A stretch of DNA of 63,704 bases, filler included, from Reticulomyxa filosa (taxonomy: Eukaryota > Protista > Foraminifera): assembly GCA_000512085.1 (NCBI GenBank). It is 27 parts of 27 records of this genome, joined end to end, with 100 filler letters (N's around TTAATTAATTAA, not from the genome) between each part and the next. Parts side by side here need not be neighbours in the genome. Positions count along the whole stretch, not along the records: positions 11,035 to 12,759 come from ASPP01021798.1; positions 12,860 to 14,142 come from ASPP01035389.1; positions 14,243 to 15,398 come from ASPP01037730.1; positions 15,499 to 18,389 come from ASPP01016498.1; positions 18,490 to 21,404 come from ASPP01007077.1; positions 21,505 to 26,182 come from ASPP01011449.1; 21 more parts are not named here. One strand, given 5' to 3'. The translations under genes and the position numbers were made by a program. The notes below the pieces were generated by a model, which made no database searches, was not told where the DNA came from, and saw only the letters and a list, made by a program, of their open reading frames with translations. Of this stretch, positions 12,454 through 23,358 are shown piece after piece; positions within the stretch are counted from its first letter, which is position 1; every line of letters starts with the position of its first letter.

Positions 12454-12741
12454 TTAAAAAAAAGTTATAGTCGAACCGTTTCTAAAACAGTCCCTTTTTC
12501 TTTGGAAAACGAAACCGTCCCCAAATTTTTCTAAATACCTGTTCTCCCTTTCATCCGTGGTGATAACATTTTTGCTGTAATCCTTTTCCCATTGCATTTT
12601 CAATTCCCGGAATATCTTCACAATTTGTTGTTGGGATAGCGTTTCGTTCATCAACAGCTTACCGCTGTGCATTAGTACATCTTCAATCAAAAAGCCGTTC
12701 ATGAAGGGACTCCACAAACGTGCCTTCCAATATCGCTGCAT
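12454..12741 (-). CDS. Hypothetical protein exon (partial gene)
   Basis: Coding-like composition bounded by intron-like A/T tracts; no recognised domain. Confidence 0.4.
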   Translation of the reverse strand: MQRYWKARLWSPFMNGFLIEDVLMHSGKLLMNETLSQQQIVKIFRELKMQWEKDYSKNVITTDERENRYLEKFGDGFVFQRKRDCFRNGSTITFF

Positions 12742-14242
12742 TGCTTTTTTTTTTTTTTTNNNNNNNNNNNNNNNNNNNNNNNNNNNNNNNNNNNNNNNNN
12801 NNNTTAATTAATTAANNNNNNNNNNNNNNNNNNNNNNNNNNNNNNNNNNNNNNNNNNNNTTTATATATTTATATATTTATATATTTATATATTTATATAT
12901 TTACGTTTTGGATGACAGTAAAACATTAGCCTCCGTTGGTACAGCCGCAGATAGATTCCCTTTGGAATCTCTTTTTTTGAAATACACTTCCTCTTTGGTT
13001 GCAATAAGCGAGTTGGCAAGGGTCTTTTCTTTCATTGCGTCCACGTTATCAAATGTCATTCGAAGGGTCACTTCTTGGGAATTTCCAAGTAGATACGAGT
13101 CTTTTTGTTGATTTCTTCGTTTGTTTCTTATCTGCTGCTTCTGTTCCAGTGTGCTTCCTTTCGTTCAGTCTCCTATTCGTACCCACAATCGTTTCCACCA
13201 CATTTCCTAAGGTCTTTACACACTTTTTTTGAGGACACTGGATCGAGAGCAATTGTTGCTTTATTTTCTTGTCCACATTCATCACGGGGACCTTTTTTTG
13301 TAATGTCAAAGTTTGTCGAATTTAAATTGTGCAGTATCTTTTGTTTTTCCTCCAACGAGAAAAAAAAAAAAAAATGTATAAAGGATAAGAATACTGGTTA
13401 TTGTGCAAAAATGTAAAAAAAAGCTGAATTATTTTTTTAATTATGAAAACTTGTGCTTTTTAATAAATTACTAATAATAAACATCGTAATTTTTGTAAAA
13501 AAACTCTAGTTTTGAAAAAATGATCGATTTAAAAATTCCATTTGAAATTTCTTAGATTATTGAAGAAAAGAGATGGTTAGCACAATGCCATAAAATTTGG
13601 AACTAGTTATGACCGTTGTTTCTGTTCGTATAGGCAAAGAGTAAATTCAACGCAAAAAAATCTATCGACGAAGTGTTTACAAAAGTGCGTTGTCCATACT
13701 GCGCTCGTGTGAAAAGTTTATTACAAGCAAAAAACAGAAAAGATAGATCTTCGAATTTTGAATTGGGCAAAGGCTTGTCCTCATCTGAGGTATCTGAATT
13801 GCAAGACCATTTGAAGGATTTAACAGGCCAATGAATTATTCCACGAGTGTTCACCAGCAAGTCTCTATCGAGGGATGCAAAGACACATATAAACTTGATA
13901 GCAATAATAAGTTGGCAGGACTGATTGACCAGTTTTGATATTTTTTTTTGGAAAGGTAATCTATAAACATCAGATTTTTTTATTGGCATGTATTTAAAAA
14001 TATATAGCAAAAAAAAGACCTTTTTGCGAAAAGCAAGATTGGCAGCTGACTTGTCTTGGAAAGCAAAAAAAAAATGCATTCAGCCAATCAAGATTGTGAT
14101 GTTTGATTTCTTTTTGTTTTTTGTTGCTTGGACCTTTTTTTTNNNNNNNNNNNNNNNNNNNNNNNNNNNNNNNNNNNNNNNNNNNNTTAATTAATTAANN
14201 NNNNNNNNNNNNNNNNNNNNNNNNNNNNNNNNNNNNNNNNNN

Positions 14243-15030
14243 TGTCGATTCCATTCTTCTGTGAAAAATAGGTTCAATCCATGGAAATTCAGAAATTCTC
14301 CCAAATAATTTAGGTTGTTCAAATTCTGCTTGGAATCTTGCATTCTTTGCCACTGCATGCTCGTTCATTTCCAACTTCAAAATTTCTCTCGCTAGAATTG
14401 ACTCCATTCAGTACCACTTGTCCAATTCGATCTTTGAGGAAGCTATCCAACCACCAATACATTCTTCCTTTTAATCTAAATTCATATCTCATCATATACT
14501 GTCATATGCTGATGATATGTCCAATATGATACTCCATAATCTCATTGTTATTATCTTTCCAATTCCAGATAATAATGAGATTGTCTGTAATTCTTGCAAA
14601 GCTATGGTCTCGATCTGGTTTTGGAATGGAACAATATTCCATAGTTTTGGGACATATCCAATCTTAAAACTCCAATTAAATAATACAAATCAATTAATGC
14701 TTGTCCACCATTTTTGATCATTTGATTGTGAATATTATCTGGTCCTTGAGCCTTGTGGGATGAAATATATCTCAATGCTTCAATTATTTCTCTTCAGTGA
14801 TATCCATTTGATGATCTTCTCCAGCCAAAATTTTAAAAATTTTCTAGTTAGAATTTTCTTTCCCATTCGGAAACTCCATCCAAATAGAAATAATTGCATT
14901 GCCACCATTCTAAGCATTTGATTATTGATGTTATCAGGACTTGAGCTTTGTATGGAGACAAATGTCTCCTCATCTGATCTTGGTCAATGCTTTAAATTAT
15001 GTAAATAAATTCTTTGTGTTGCCTTCATGC
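14243..15030 (-). mobile_element. Decayed non-LTR (LINE) reverse transcriptase, two stacked fragments
   Basis: EALRYISSHKAQGPDNIHNQMIKNGG, LFNWSFKIGYVP, ISLLSGIGK, LDISSAYDS, GRMYWWLDSFLKDR.GQVVLNG. A second copy, RHLSPYKAQSPDNINNQML, lies at about 14910-14970. Many frameshifts and deletions. Confidence 0.88.
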
Positions 15031-15035
15031 AGCGA

Positions 15036-15398
15036 ATTTTTTTTTTTTATTTTATTTTTTTTAGATGGGTTGCAGTGGGGGCGTGTCAAGCGTCGGACTA
15101 CTCTCTCGCTTCATCCTCAACTTGCACTTCTTTTTGCCCTCTCTACCTGCACAAACTCAGGTCTTTCAAGTTAAAAGAGCACATCGTTCTAAGAAATAGA
15201 ACACAGTACTCAAAAGAAAAGAAAAACAAGACAAAAGAAAGAACCTCACAAAATCTTACAACGACCAGAAGGTCCACACAAAAGTAAAGAAAAGCATTAT
15301 AGTTAATCAATTTAGATTAAAGTTTGTCCTGAAAAACTCGAAATTGTTCAAATCTCTCTTGGTATCGATAACGAACTTGGCCGCTGCCTTGACAGCTT
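15036..15398 (-). mobile_element. 3' end of a non-LTR retrotransposon (ORF C-terminus, 3' UTR, poly(A)-like tail)
   Basis: AVKAAAKFVIDTKRDLNNFEFFRTNFNLN* resembles a LINE ORF2 end. It is followed by a U-rich UTR, GACACGCCCCCACTGCAACCC and an A-rich tail at 15036-15062. Confidence 0.6.
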
Positions 15399-15539
15399 NN
15401 NNNNNNNNNNNNNNNNNNNNNNNNNNNNNNNNNNNNNNNNNNTTAATTAATTAANNNNNNNNNNNNNNNNNNNNNNNNNNNNNNNNNNNNNNNNNNNNCA
15501 AAAAAAAAAAAAAAATGTGCAATGCTTCCAAACATCAAG

Positions 15540-16048
15540 TTAACTCTGAGAACAAGTGGCCCCAGCGTCACAACTAAAACTGGTTTCCGACATCCATGGC
15601 GCGTAAGCGTCAGTCATATTTCCACAATCCCAAGATCCGGTCACATACTTGTGCATTGCAATTTCTGTGGAATTGTAAACTACTCCGACTTTGAGCTCAT
15701 CCTTTCCGTTGCCTTTTTTTTTGGTTGAATAAATGCACATTGGAGGTCGCTTGAAAAAAAATATTTCGAAAAAAAAAAAAAAAAAAAGATAAACTTACCG
15801 CATATCACCAACACAGTAAGGTTTACAGTAACAGTCATAGGATTTATGCTTTCGAATGATGCCTGCATTTCACCAGAGCTTCTGTTGAATGGCCCATGGT
15901 AACATTCTGTGTCACTTCTGTAATACCAGGTATCTCTTCCTTTCCAACTTATTGCTGTTGGATCACATCCTTCTGAAATATTAGTTGTAATTATGTTCGC
16001 GGCAAGTGTCGTCGCAAAGAAGATTTCCAGAACCACAATGAACAACAT
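15540..16048 (-). CDS. Secreted Cys-containing hypothetical protein (partial, intron about 15751-15798)
   Basis: Signal-peptide-like MLFIVVLEIFFATTLA, several N-glycosylation sequons, GTAAGT donor. Confidence 0.55.
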
Positions 16049-17501
16049 CCCAAAATTTGCTCGAGTTTTTACAATTTTTACAAAAAATCAACAGTTGAAT
16101 TCAAACACTGTGTGTGAATGTGTTTGTTCTCTTTTTTTAACGTAGAAAAAAAGAAGAAGTAAAAAGAAGGGGAAGCAAAAACTTGCTTTCAAAAATGATC
16201 CGCTTGATTTATCGCAAGAATGAAATTCCACCACTTCAAAAAAAAATCGATCTGCAAGAGAATTGTTAGAAAGGACTATTGTACAAAATAATCACAAGAA
16301 AAGTCAAAATCGACAAACAAATCGAATTTATTTTTAAAATGGTAAAATTCAATGTTTTTCTCTTTTTTACCAAGGAAGTTACTTTTGAAGTAATTTAATT
16401 TTTAATTCATATGATATATCTTTACGCCATATAATCTTCATAACACTTGAATTAAGGACAATTGGAAAATATGTTCTAAAATACTTGGAAAATATTTAAA
16501 TTGTGATAAAATTTAAAATAATTAAAACTATTGACAATTTATATATGTTATGTTCAAGAAATAACATTAGAACGGAAAATCAATAACAATAATAATAGTA
16601 ATAGTATTAGTGTAATTTGTAACAATTGTGTATGTTAGTATTAAAATGACAAACAAAATATTATGTGATAACATTGCTCATTTATAGTATACGTGGAAGT
16701 TTTGTATATATCACTACTATATCAAAAAATCAATGACTCATATGATTCTGCTGATCATTTCTTCGTCAATAAAAACTGGCAATTCAAAGTGAAGACCCAA
16801 ATTTGTCTTCACAATGGATAATATCATAGCTTCCACTTAAAAAAAGATTTTACACAATTTGTAGTAAAATATTAAAATTAGTGTTAACTTAAATGTAATA
16901 TGTTTTGTATCAAGAGATAATTGAATATGGAGATTATGTAATGGTATATCCAAAACTTTTATTACTATGCCATTGTTCACATGCTGGCCGAATTCATGTT
17001 TGTGGATCGAAACAAATATAATTTATATACATGTATATTTATTACATTCAGATAAGTATTATTTCAATTTGATAAAATTTTTTAAAAAGAAATTTAATTA
17101 AGCAGTTCCTTTACAAAATGCATTAACAATCAAATAACTCCAATTTTTTTCCTTCATGTTCAAAATATACGGTTTACGTCATGGCTAATTTTTGTGCAGA
17201 AGGCCTTTTTGCCAGATCTTTTGACAAAGTAATTAGCAACAAGGGCGTAAAGATCTTTTGCAAATACAAAAAAGTTATATAATATATAAAGAATTGAGAT
17301 TTGTTTGTGGTTGCAATTTGGCAAACCTAAACAAAAAAAAAAACAAAGACAAAAGAAAATTCTGGGCACAATTTTCGGAGGAAACATTGGAAATCTGCTA
17401 TCAATCAAGGAATAAGTTACATAAAAAAAAAAAAAAAAAAAGATTGAGGATATAAATGAATATTAATATTAACACAAATTGTAACAAAACAAAACAAAAA
17501 T

Positions 17502-18389
17502 TTAATGTTTGTTGGTTTTATTGACAAATCCTTCCAACAAGCCATTCCAAGATCCGACAACAAGTAAGCCTTTGCAAGGAAGAGACTTATCCATAAAAGG
17601 GGCCACGAATTGTGGATGGGCGGCAAGACAAGAGATTTTATCGGTCAAGCTAGTATGCAAGATGTCATCAACAAAGTCATACCCAACGAATTCCAGGACG
17701 GTATTGACAGCTTTTTCAGTCGACTCGAAGCAAGGTCGTAGCAACTGTTTGCGAACTTCGTCATCCTGCAGCCAATATGATAAGTGCAAGCGCAAGCCAT
17801 GATTGGCTTTGTTGTCGACATCATTCAAGGTAGTGGTGGTCGTGTTCACATTCGCAGTCGCATTAGCAGAGCCACTGGTCGCAGTATTGGTATTGCTATA
17901 GCGATTGGTATTGGCATTGCTATTGTTATTATTATTATTATTATTATTACTATTATTGGTAGCAAGAACATCATGACTGTCATTTGCGCCCGTCTTTTTA
18001 TCGAAATGGCTATCAGCACAGACAACAGTGTGATCATTCACCCAAGCCAACTGCGTGACGCTGTGCCCAATGAAGCGTTCGTGGATCATTTCAAACGTGT
18101 AGCGGCCATTTTCAATGTTCTCTTTGCGTTCGTAAATGCGATAGACCCCGGCATCGCCACCCGCCGCCAAATGTCTCCCGGACGGCGAAAAGCGAACGCA
18201 GTGAACGTCCCCCCTGCCGAGACTGAACTTTTGCACAACACATTTTTGATCCATTGTCGTATTGCGATCCTTGGGCCACGCATTGAAATCCGTGTTGTTT
18301 TCGACTGTCTCTTTTTCCTTTTCTTTCTCATTTCTTTTTTCTTTGGATTTTGTCTTTTCTTTTTCTTCATCTTCATCATCATCATCATC
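17502..18389 (-). CDS. WD40-repeat protein with acidic N-terminal and poly-Asn insertions (partial)
   Basis: DVHCVRFSPSGRHLAAGGDAGVYRIYE, GHSVTQLAW, ISCLAAHP...LLVVGSWNG. Confidence 0.8.
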   Translation of the reverse strand, partial: DDDDDEDEEKEKTKSKEKRNEKEKEKETVENNTDFNAWPKDRNTTMDQKCVVQKFSLGRGDVHCVRFSPSGRHLAAGGDAGVYRIYERKENIENGRYTFEMIHERFIGHSVTQLAWVNDHTVVCADSHFDKKTGANDSHDVLATNNSNNNNNNNNNSNANTNRYSNTNTATSGSANATANVNTTTTTLNDVDNKANHGLRLHLSYWLQDDEVRKQLLRPCFESTEKAVNTVLEFVGYDFVDDILHTSLTDKISCLAAHPQFVAPFMDKSLPCKGLLVVGSWNGLLEGFVNKTNKH

Positions 18390-18601
18390 NNNNNNNNNNN
18401 NNNNNNNNNNNNNNNNNNNNNNNNNNNNNNNNNTTAATTAATTAANNNNNNNNNNNNNNNNNNNNNNNNNNNNNNNNNNNNNNNNNNNNTAAAAAAAAAA
18501 AAATGTGATTGTATGTGTATGTGTGTGTGTGTGAGCAAACAGGGGATGCTTCTTTTTGTCATTTGCCAGTGAGAGTGAATGTACAATGATATTGCATATA
18601 G

Positions 18602-20190
18602 TGAATATAATTGTGAACAATGACGATTACAATGGTGCTTTGGAAAATCAAATGATATGGTCCGGGTACGTAACAAAAAAGGGCAAGCGCATGGGTTTGC
18701 CGACAATGCGATATTTTGTGCTGCGTGGTGTGGAGCTGCAGCTGTTCAAGTCACATCAGAACTGGGAAAATGGCGAAGAGCCCTCACAAAAATTTTCGCT
18801 GATGAATTGTGATTTTTCACAGAAACGAAGCGATGGCAAAGAGGTGAAATTTCGCAAGAAAGGGGCGCATGAAGATGACGTGTTTTTATCATTGCGTGTG
18901 TTGTCGCAGATCGAAAGAGACGACTTTTTGAGCATTTGCGCACAAACATTGGGAGAAGCAATTGCTCGTAACAAAAACATTAACATGACGAATACGAAAA
19001 ACAATATGTCCATTGGCTTGTCGATGGACGATTCCGAAAGTGACTCGGACGAAGAGAAGCCAGAGGGGACCGTGTCTCCGCATTCAAGATTGGATGACGA
19101 AAAGGAAAAAGATAAGCTCATTGGTGGTGAGTCCTCTTCGATGTTGCGCGCAACGACCCCTGGACTAGTGACCCCACCGGTGAGTCGAACACCTGGCAAT
19201 GAATCTGAACTTGAGCCTAGTAGTAGCGGTGTCACGTATACCACTTTGAATGATATGACCGAAAACTCAGTGGTGGGATCCAAGAGTACGTATCATCCAC
19301 CAATTCTCCGTGCTCAGAGCATGATACGGGGAATGGCAGGGCCCAGCTCGTTTTATGAATCGGCTCATTCCACACACTTAGTAAGTGATCAAATGGTGGA
19401 AAAAAGGTCGCAAAAGTACAATCGCTATTTGGACCAGCTGGAACATACGCCCAGAATGTATGGTGCTTCGCACATCAAAGCACTGAACCGCTTGGCCAAA
19501 CGCAGAGCTTCGGATATCGACTTTATTGAGGAAACTTTCAAAGATGATGAAACCAAACTATCTTCACAGAAAGATGAATATTTGCAAACGTGCAAATTGT
19601 TGGATGTCATTTCCAAATCCATCATTTCTGGCGCTTTTCTTAATCGCACTTTGTTTGTCCATAAAGCCGTTTGGACACAAAGCAAGGTCATGGTGTCCAA
19701 CTACGAACAAAAGTTGGAAACGTTCGAAATTGTTGCCAATGGTCTGAGTAAAGCCTTTGATGAAATTGACTTGACTTGGCTGCAAAAAGACAATTTCAAA
19801 AATGCAGACGCGTTTCTTAAAAAAATGAAAGAGTGCCATTCCATGCTACTTGACGCGTCCGCCATGTTGGAAACATATGCCCAAAAGTCGGTTGCCAAAT
19901 CCAAGCAAACTGGTGTTGGCAAGCTATGGAATAGTTTGAAAGACAAATCCCAAGGCAAAGTTTATGACAGCTCCGTCTACAAAGACTTGGTCCGGCAAAT
20001 TTGTTCACATGGCACCAAAATTGAAATGTACTATACTTATTTGTCCACCTCCCAACATAACGCAAATTTACTTACTGCCATTGAAGAAGTTTGCAAACTC
20101 ATGTCAGTTTTTACAGGTGTCGTTCTATCTGACATGAAGGGATTTCTCAAAGCTTATGTTAGAAGAGGTGCTAAAAATCTTTATGAATGA
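18602..20190 (+). CDS. PH-domain protein (5'-partial; single long exon)
   Basis: WSGYVTKKGKRMG....RYFVLRGVELQLFKS...........F.L is a PH signature, followed by a Ser-rich linker and a helical C-terminal domain. Confidence 0.8.
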
Positions 20191-21624
20191 GCATATGGTT
20201 TTGTTTTGCAAAGTTGTTTAGAAATTTGTGTAGATGCTTGTTATGCTCCTTTTTTTCCCTTTTTTTGCTTCGCACAAAGGAAAAAAAGCGCTCAGCAATG
20301 AAAATATTTCAATTCAAGAATTAACTGCTAATTCTTGTCAATGTGCATATAGTAAACAACTTGTTTTGAAACTTGTTAGTGAAAATCTTTTCACATTTGT
20401 CAATAAAAAAAATCGACATATTACAAAATTGTGTTAGTATATTTGATTTATTATATCATTTTCATGATACAACAAAATACTGCAGGAGTTCTTTAGTTTT
20501 AAAATTTAAAAATTTTTTTGTTAACGAGTTAAAATATATACTTGCTTTTTATGATAATTTTTATTTACACTCATTACACGTTCACTGGACATCAAAATCA
20601 CGTTTTTTTTGTTTTATGTACTGTGCACGCACAATTGATAATAAAATATAATACGTTGACGTTGAAACTACTGAAAGAAATATACTATTTAAACAGTATG
20701 ACATTTGGAAGAAATGTGCCGCAAAAACTATCAGATTGCTTCGTTGTAGTCACGTATATCACTTTTCATGCGTACGTGAGCACTGAGGCTTTCTAGTGAC
20801 AATGGTCATTTGTGTCTATCGCGATTTGAAATAATCAACGCTTGCAAAATTGAAGATAAAACACAAAAAACAGTATTGGAGTTGTTTTAAATTAATCACT
20901 CGATGGAAATGACAAAGATTTTAATATTGACAGCAATATAAGATATTCTTTCTATACTGGATCGAAAAACATGTTTTTGTATATAAATGCAATCCAACAA
21001 GAAATTTTATCAGGTGTAAACACAAAACTTTTATTCAATGATAAGAATGTTTAATATTAATTTTTGAAAAACTAAACTGTAGATTGTAAATACAAATTTA
21101 AAAAAATGATAAAATTAAATATTATATTTTAGTAAATTATGAAAATTAAAAAGAAATTTATATAGTAAGAAATAAAATAAATATATATCAATTAGATAAA
21201 GTGATAGAATAAGCTGATTAATGTATAATCGTAATATCACTGTGAGTAGTTGAAAGCTTTGTAGTGGAAACAATTGTGATTAGACAATGCACACTATACT
21301 AAAAATGATAACTATTACAAGTTAATTATGTGCAAGTGATATTTATAATTCTATATCACAATATGTGATAAGTTCATTAAAGTATATTACAATAGGATAA
21401 AAAANNNNNNNNNNNNNNNNNNNNNNNNNNNNNNNNNNNNNNNNNNNNTTAATTAATTAANNNNNNNNNNNNNNNNNNNNNNNNNNNNNNNNNNNNNNNN
21501 NNNNTTTTTTTTTTTTTTTACACATTAAAAGTTGGGAAAAAAAAAAAAAAGAAATGGTTTTCTTTGCCTATGCACTGTTTTGTTTTATTTTTTTAAAAAA
21601 TAAAAATAAAAACTAAATTATTAC

Positions 21625-22802
21625 CTGGTTCCACGATATTTGGTATGTTTCAAAGGCAATTCAACTTTGAATCCTTGCACGTAAATGACAACTAAGAAAA
21701 CAATGACAGTTGCCATGAAATTAGTCAAATTAGGTAAGTTCTTTCGATAAAAAGCTTCTCTCAGTGCTGCCATTTTGTTTTGGCGAGTGATAATCAAATA
21801 GAAAAATGCAATGACTGCCCCTTCAAACTCAGGGCCAGTTCCAACGTTAATTGTCGTTGGAGAAAACGCTTTCCAAATGATGTTTTCGCAAATATTTGTT
21901 GCAATGAATAATGATATTCCACTACCCATTCCATATCCTTTTTGTAACAACTCGTCTAGCAACAACACTTTTTTTTTTTTTTTTTTTTAAATTTGTTTAT
22001 TTATTTATTTGTTTGTTGTTTGATGACGACAAGTTCAAACCTAAAAAAAAAAAAAAAAAAAAATCCCCTGCGATTTTTCGAAAAGATGAAATTGGATTTG
22101 ACTTGCTTCTACTTACCAATCAACCCAGCGAAACATAATTGCGTGATGATCAACAAGCAATTTCCTGTTCCCAAAGCTCTCCAATCCCCATACATTCCAG
22201 AAAAAACGTACAAGCATGCTTCGAATAAAGTGATGAATAAGCCAAGTAATTTTTGAGCGCAATTGTACAATGCACGGTCTTTTGGATCTTCAATGTTGAT
22301 CTCCAATTGCTTTGTTCCGACTAGTAATTGGATTACCTGTTTGATATAACATTCAGCATAATTCAAAACAAAGTCCGAAGAAAGGGAAATCAAACGAGTC
22401 ATTTCATTTCAAAAAATAAAAATAAAAAAATACACACAAACACACCAGTCCAGATGTGACAATTGGTGAAATTCCCAGCTCCATCAAAGTGCTGTTTCAT
22501 GCAACACATCACATACAACACACTTCTTATAATTTGTGCACGTCATCCGAAACAACATCTCACAGAAAATTAAGCAACACATTTACCCTCTATTCGAAGC
22601 CAGCACGACACGGATCCAATAGAGAGGATCGGCTTGCTCTGAAGGGCGAATGCCATATATGGGCACTTGACAACACACCAAGAATACTACTAAAGTAATC
22701 ACAGTCCATGCCAATTTGACGCGAAAAAGGTACTTTCTTGTCTGGAGGAATCACCTCTGGAACTATTCCCAAAAATGGAGATAGATAGTGCAACAAAGGC
22801 AT
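21625..22802 (-). CDS. SEC61A: Protein transport protein Sec61 subunit alpha, 3'-partial; introns 22492-22586, 22337-22445, 21968-22116
   Basis: [73 protein letters not shown]. One extra T at about 22724-22728 shifts the frame. Confidence 0.97.
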
Positions 22803-23358
22803 CGATGTTATTTAATTGGTCTCAAGTTAAAGAATAGTCCTTATCCAACAAGAGATGCGTCACAGAACTTTTTGACTGTTTTTAGGAAAAAGGATAAAAC
22901 AAAACCTTAAAAAAAGTTACTTTACATTTCATTTTACTTACAGTTGCAAATGTTTACTGCTAAAAAAAAATTAATTACAACAGATCCAACCAATATTTTG
23001 CAGCTTGCTTGAAATAAGTTTGCATACTTGATTGTTTGCATACTTGATTTAATATTTACAATTAACCAAAAGTTTTATTTACTAAGAGATTTTTCGATCA
23101 TGTTTGAGAGCGTTTTATGTAATTAATTATTTGGAATATACAATTAATCAGCTTTTAAAAACTTTATTAACTTGTCGTAGTATGATATTCAAAAATACTT
23201 TTTTGATCTTATGCAAAAAAAAAGTTTTTATTTGATAATAAAATCTCGGTGTTCGTGTTAAGACAAATATGAAGGTATTGAAATTAGTATGAAATGCGTG
23301 AACACTTTGACAACTGACAAGGCACATACTTCACAAAGACATTGACCCCTTCAATCCA

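Noticed and set aside
12860-13355. Stop-codon reassignment suggested by in-frame TGA in coding-like stretches (also 38726-39200)
   Set aside because: Conserved genes use TGG for Trp, end with TAA, and contain no internal stops; the long PH and JmjC frames end at TGA. These stretches are more simply pseudogenes or error-containing.
22715-22735. Apparent programmed frameshifts in conserved genes (Sec61 CCT-TTT-T, Ntn hydrolase 45895, PNS1 42485 and 44228, JmjC 24331 and 25055)
   Set aside because: All lie in homopolymers, need both +1 and -1 corrections with no shared motif, and similar single-base slips occur in the bacterial contigs (27805, 55141). This is typical of pyrosequencing-type error; raw reads would settle it.
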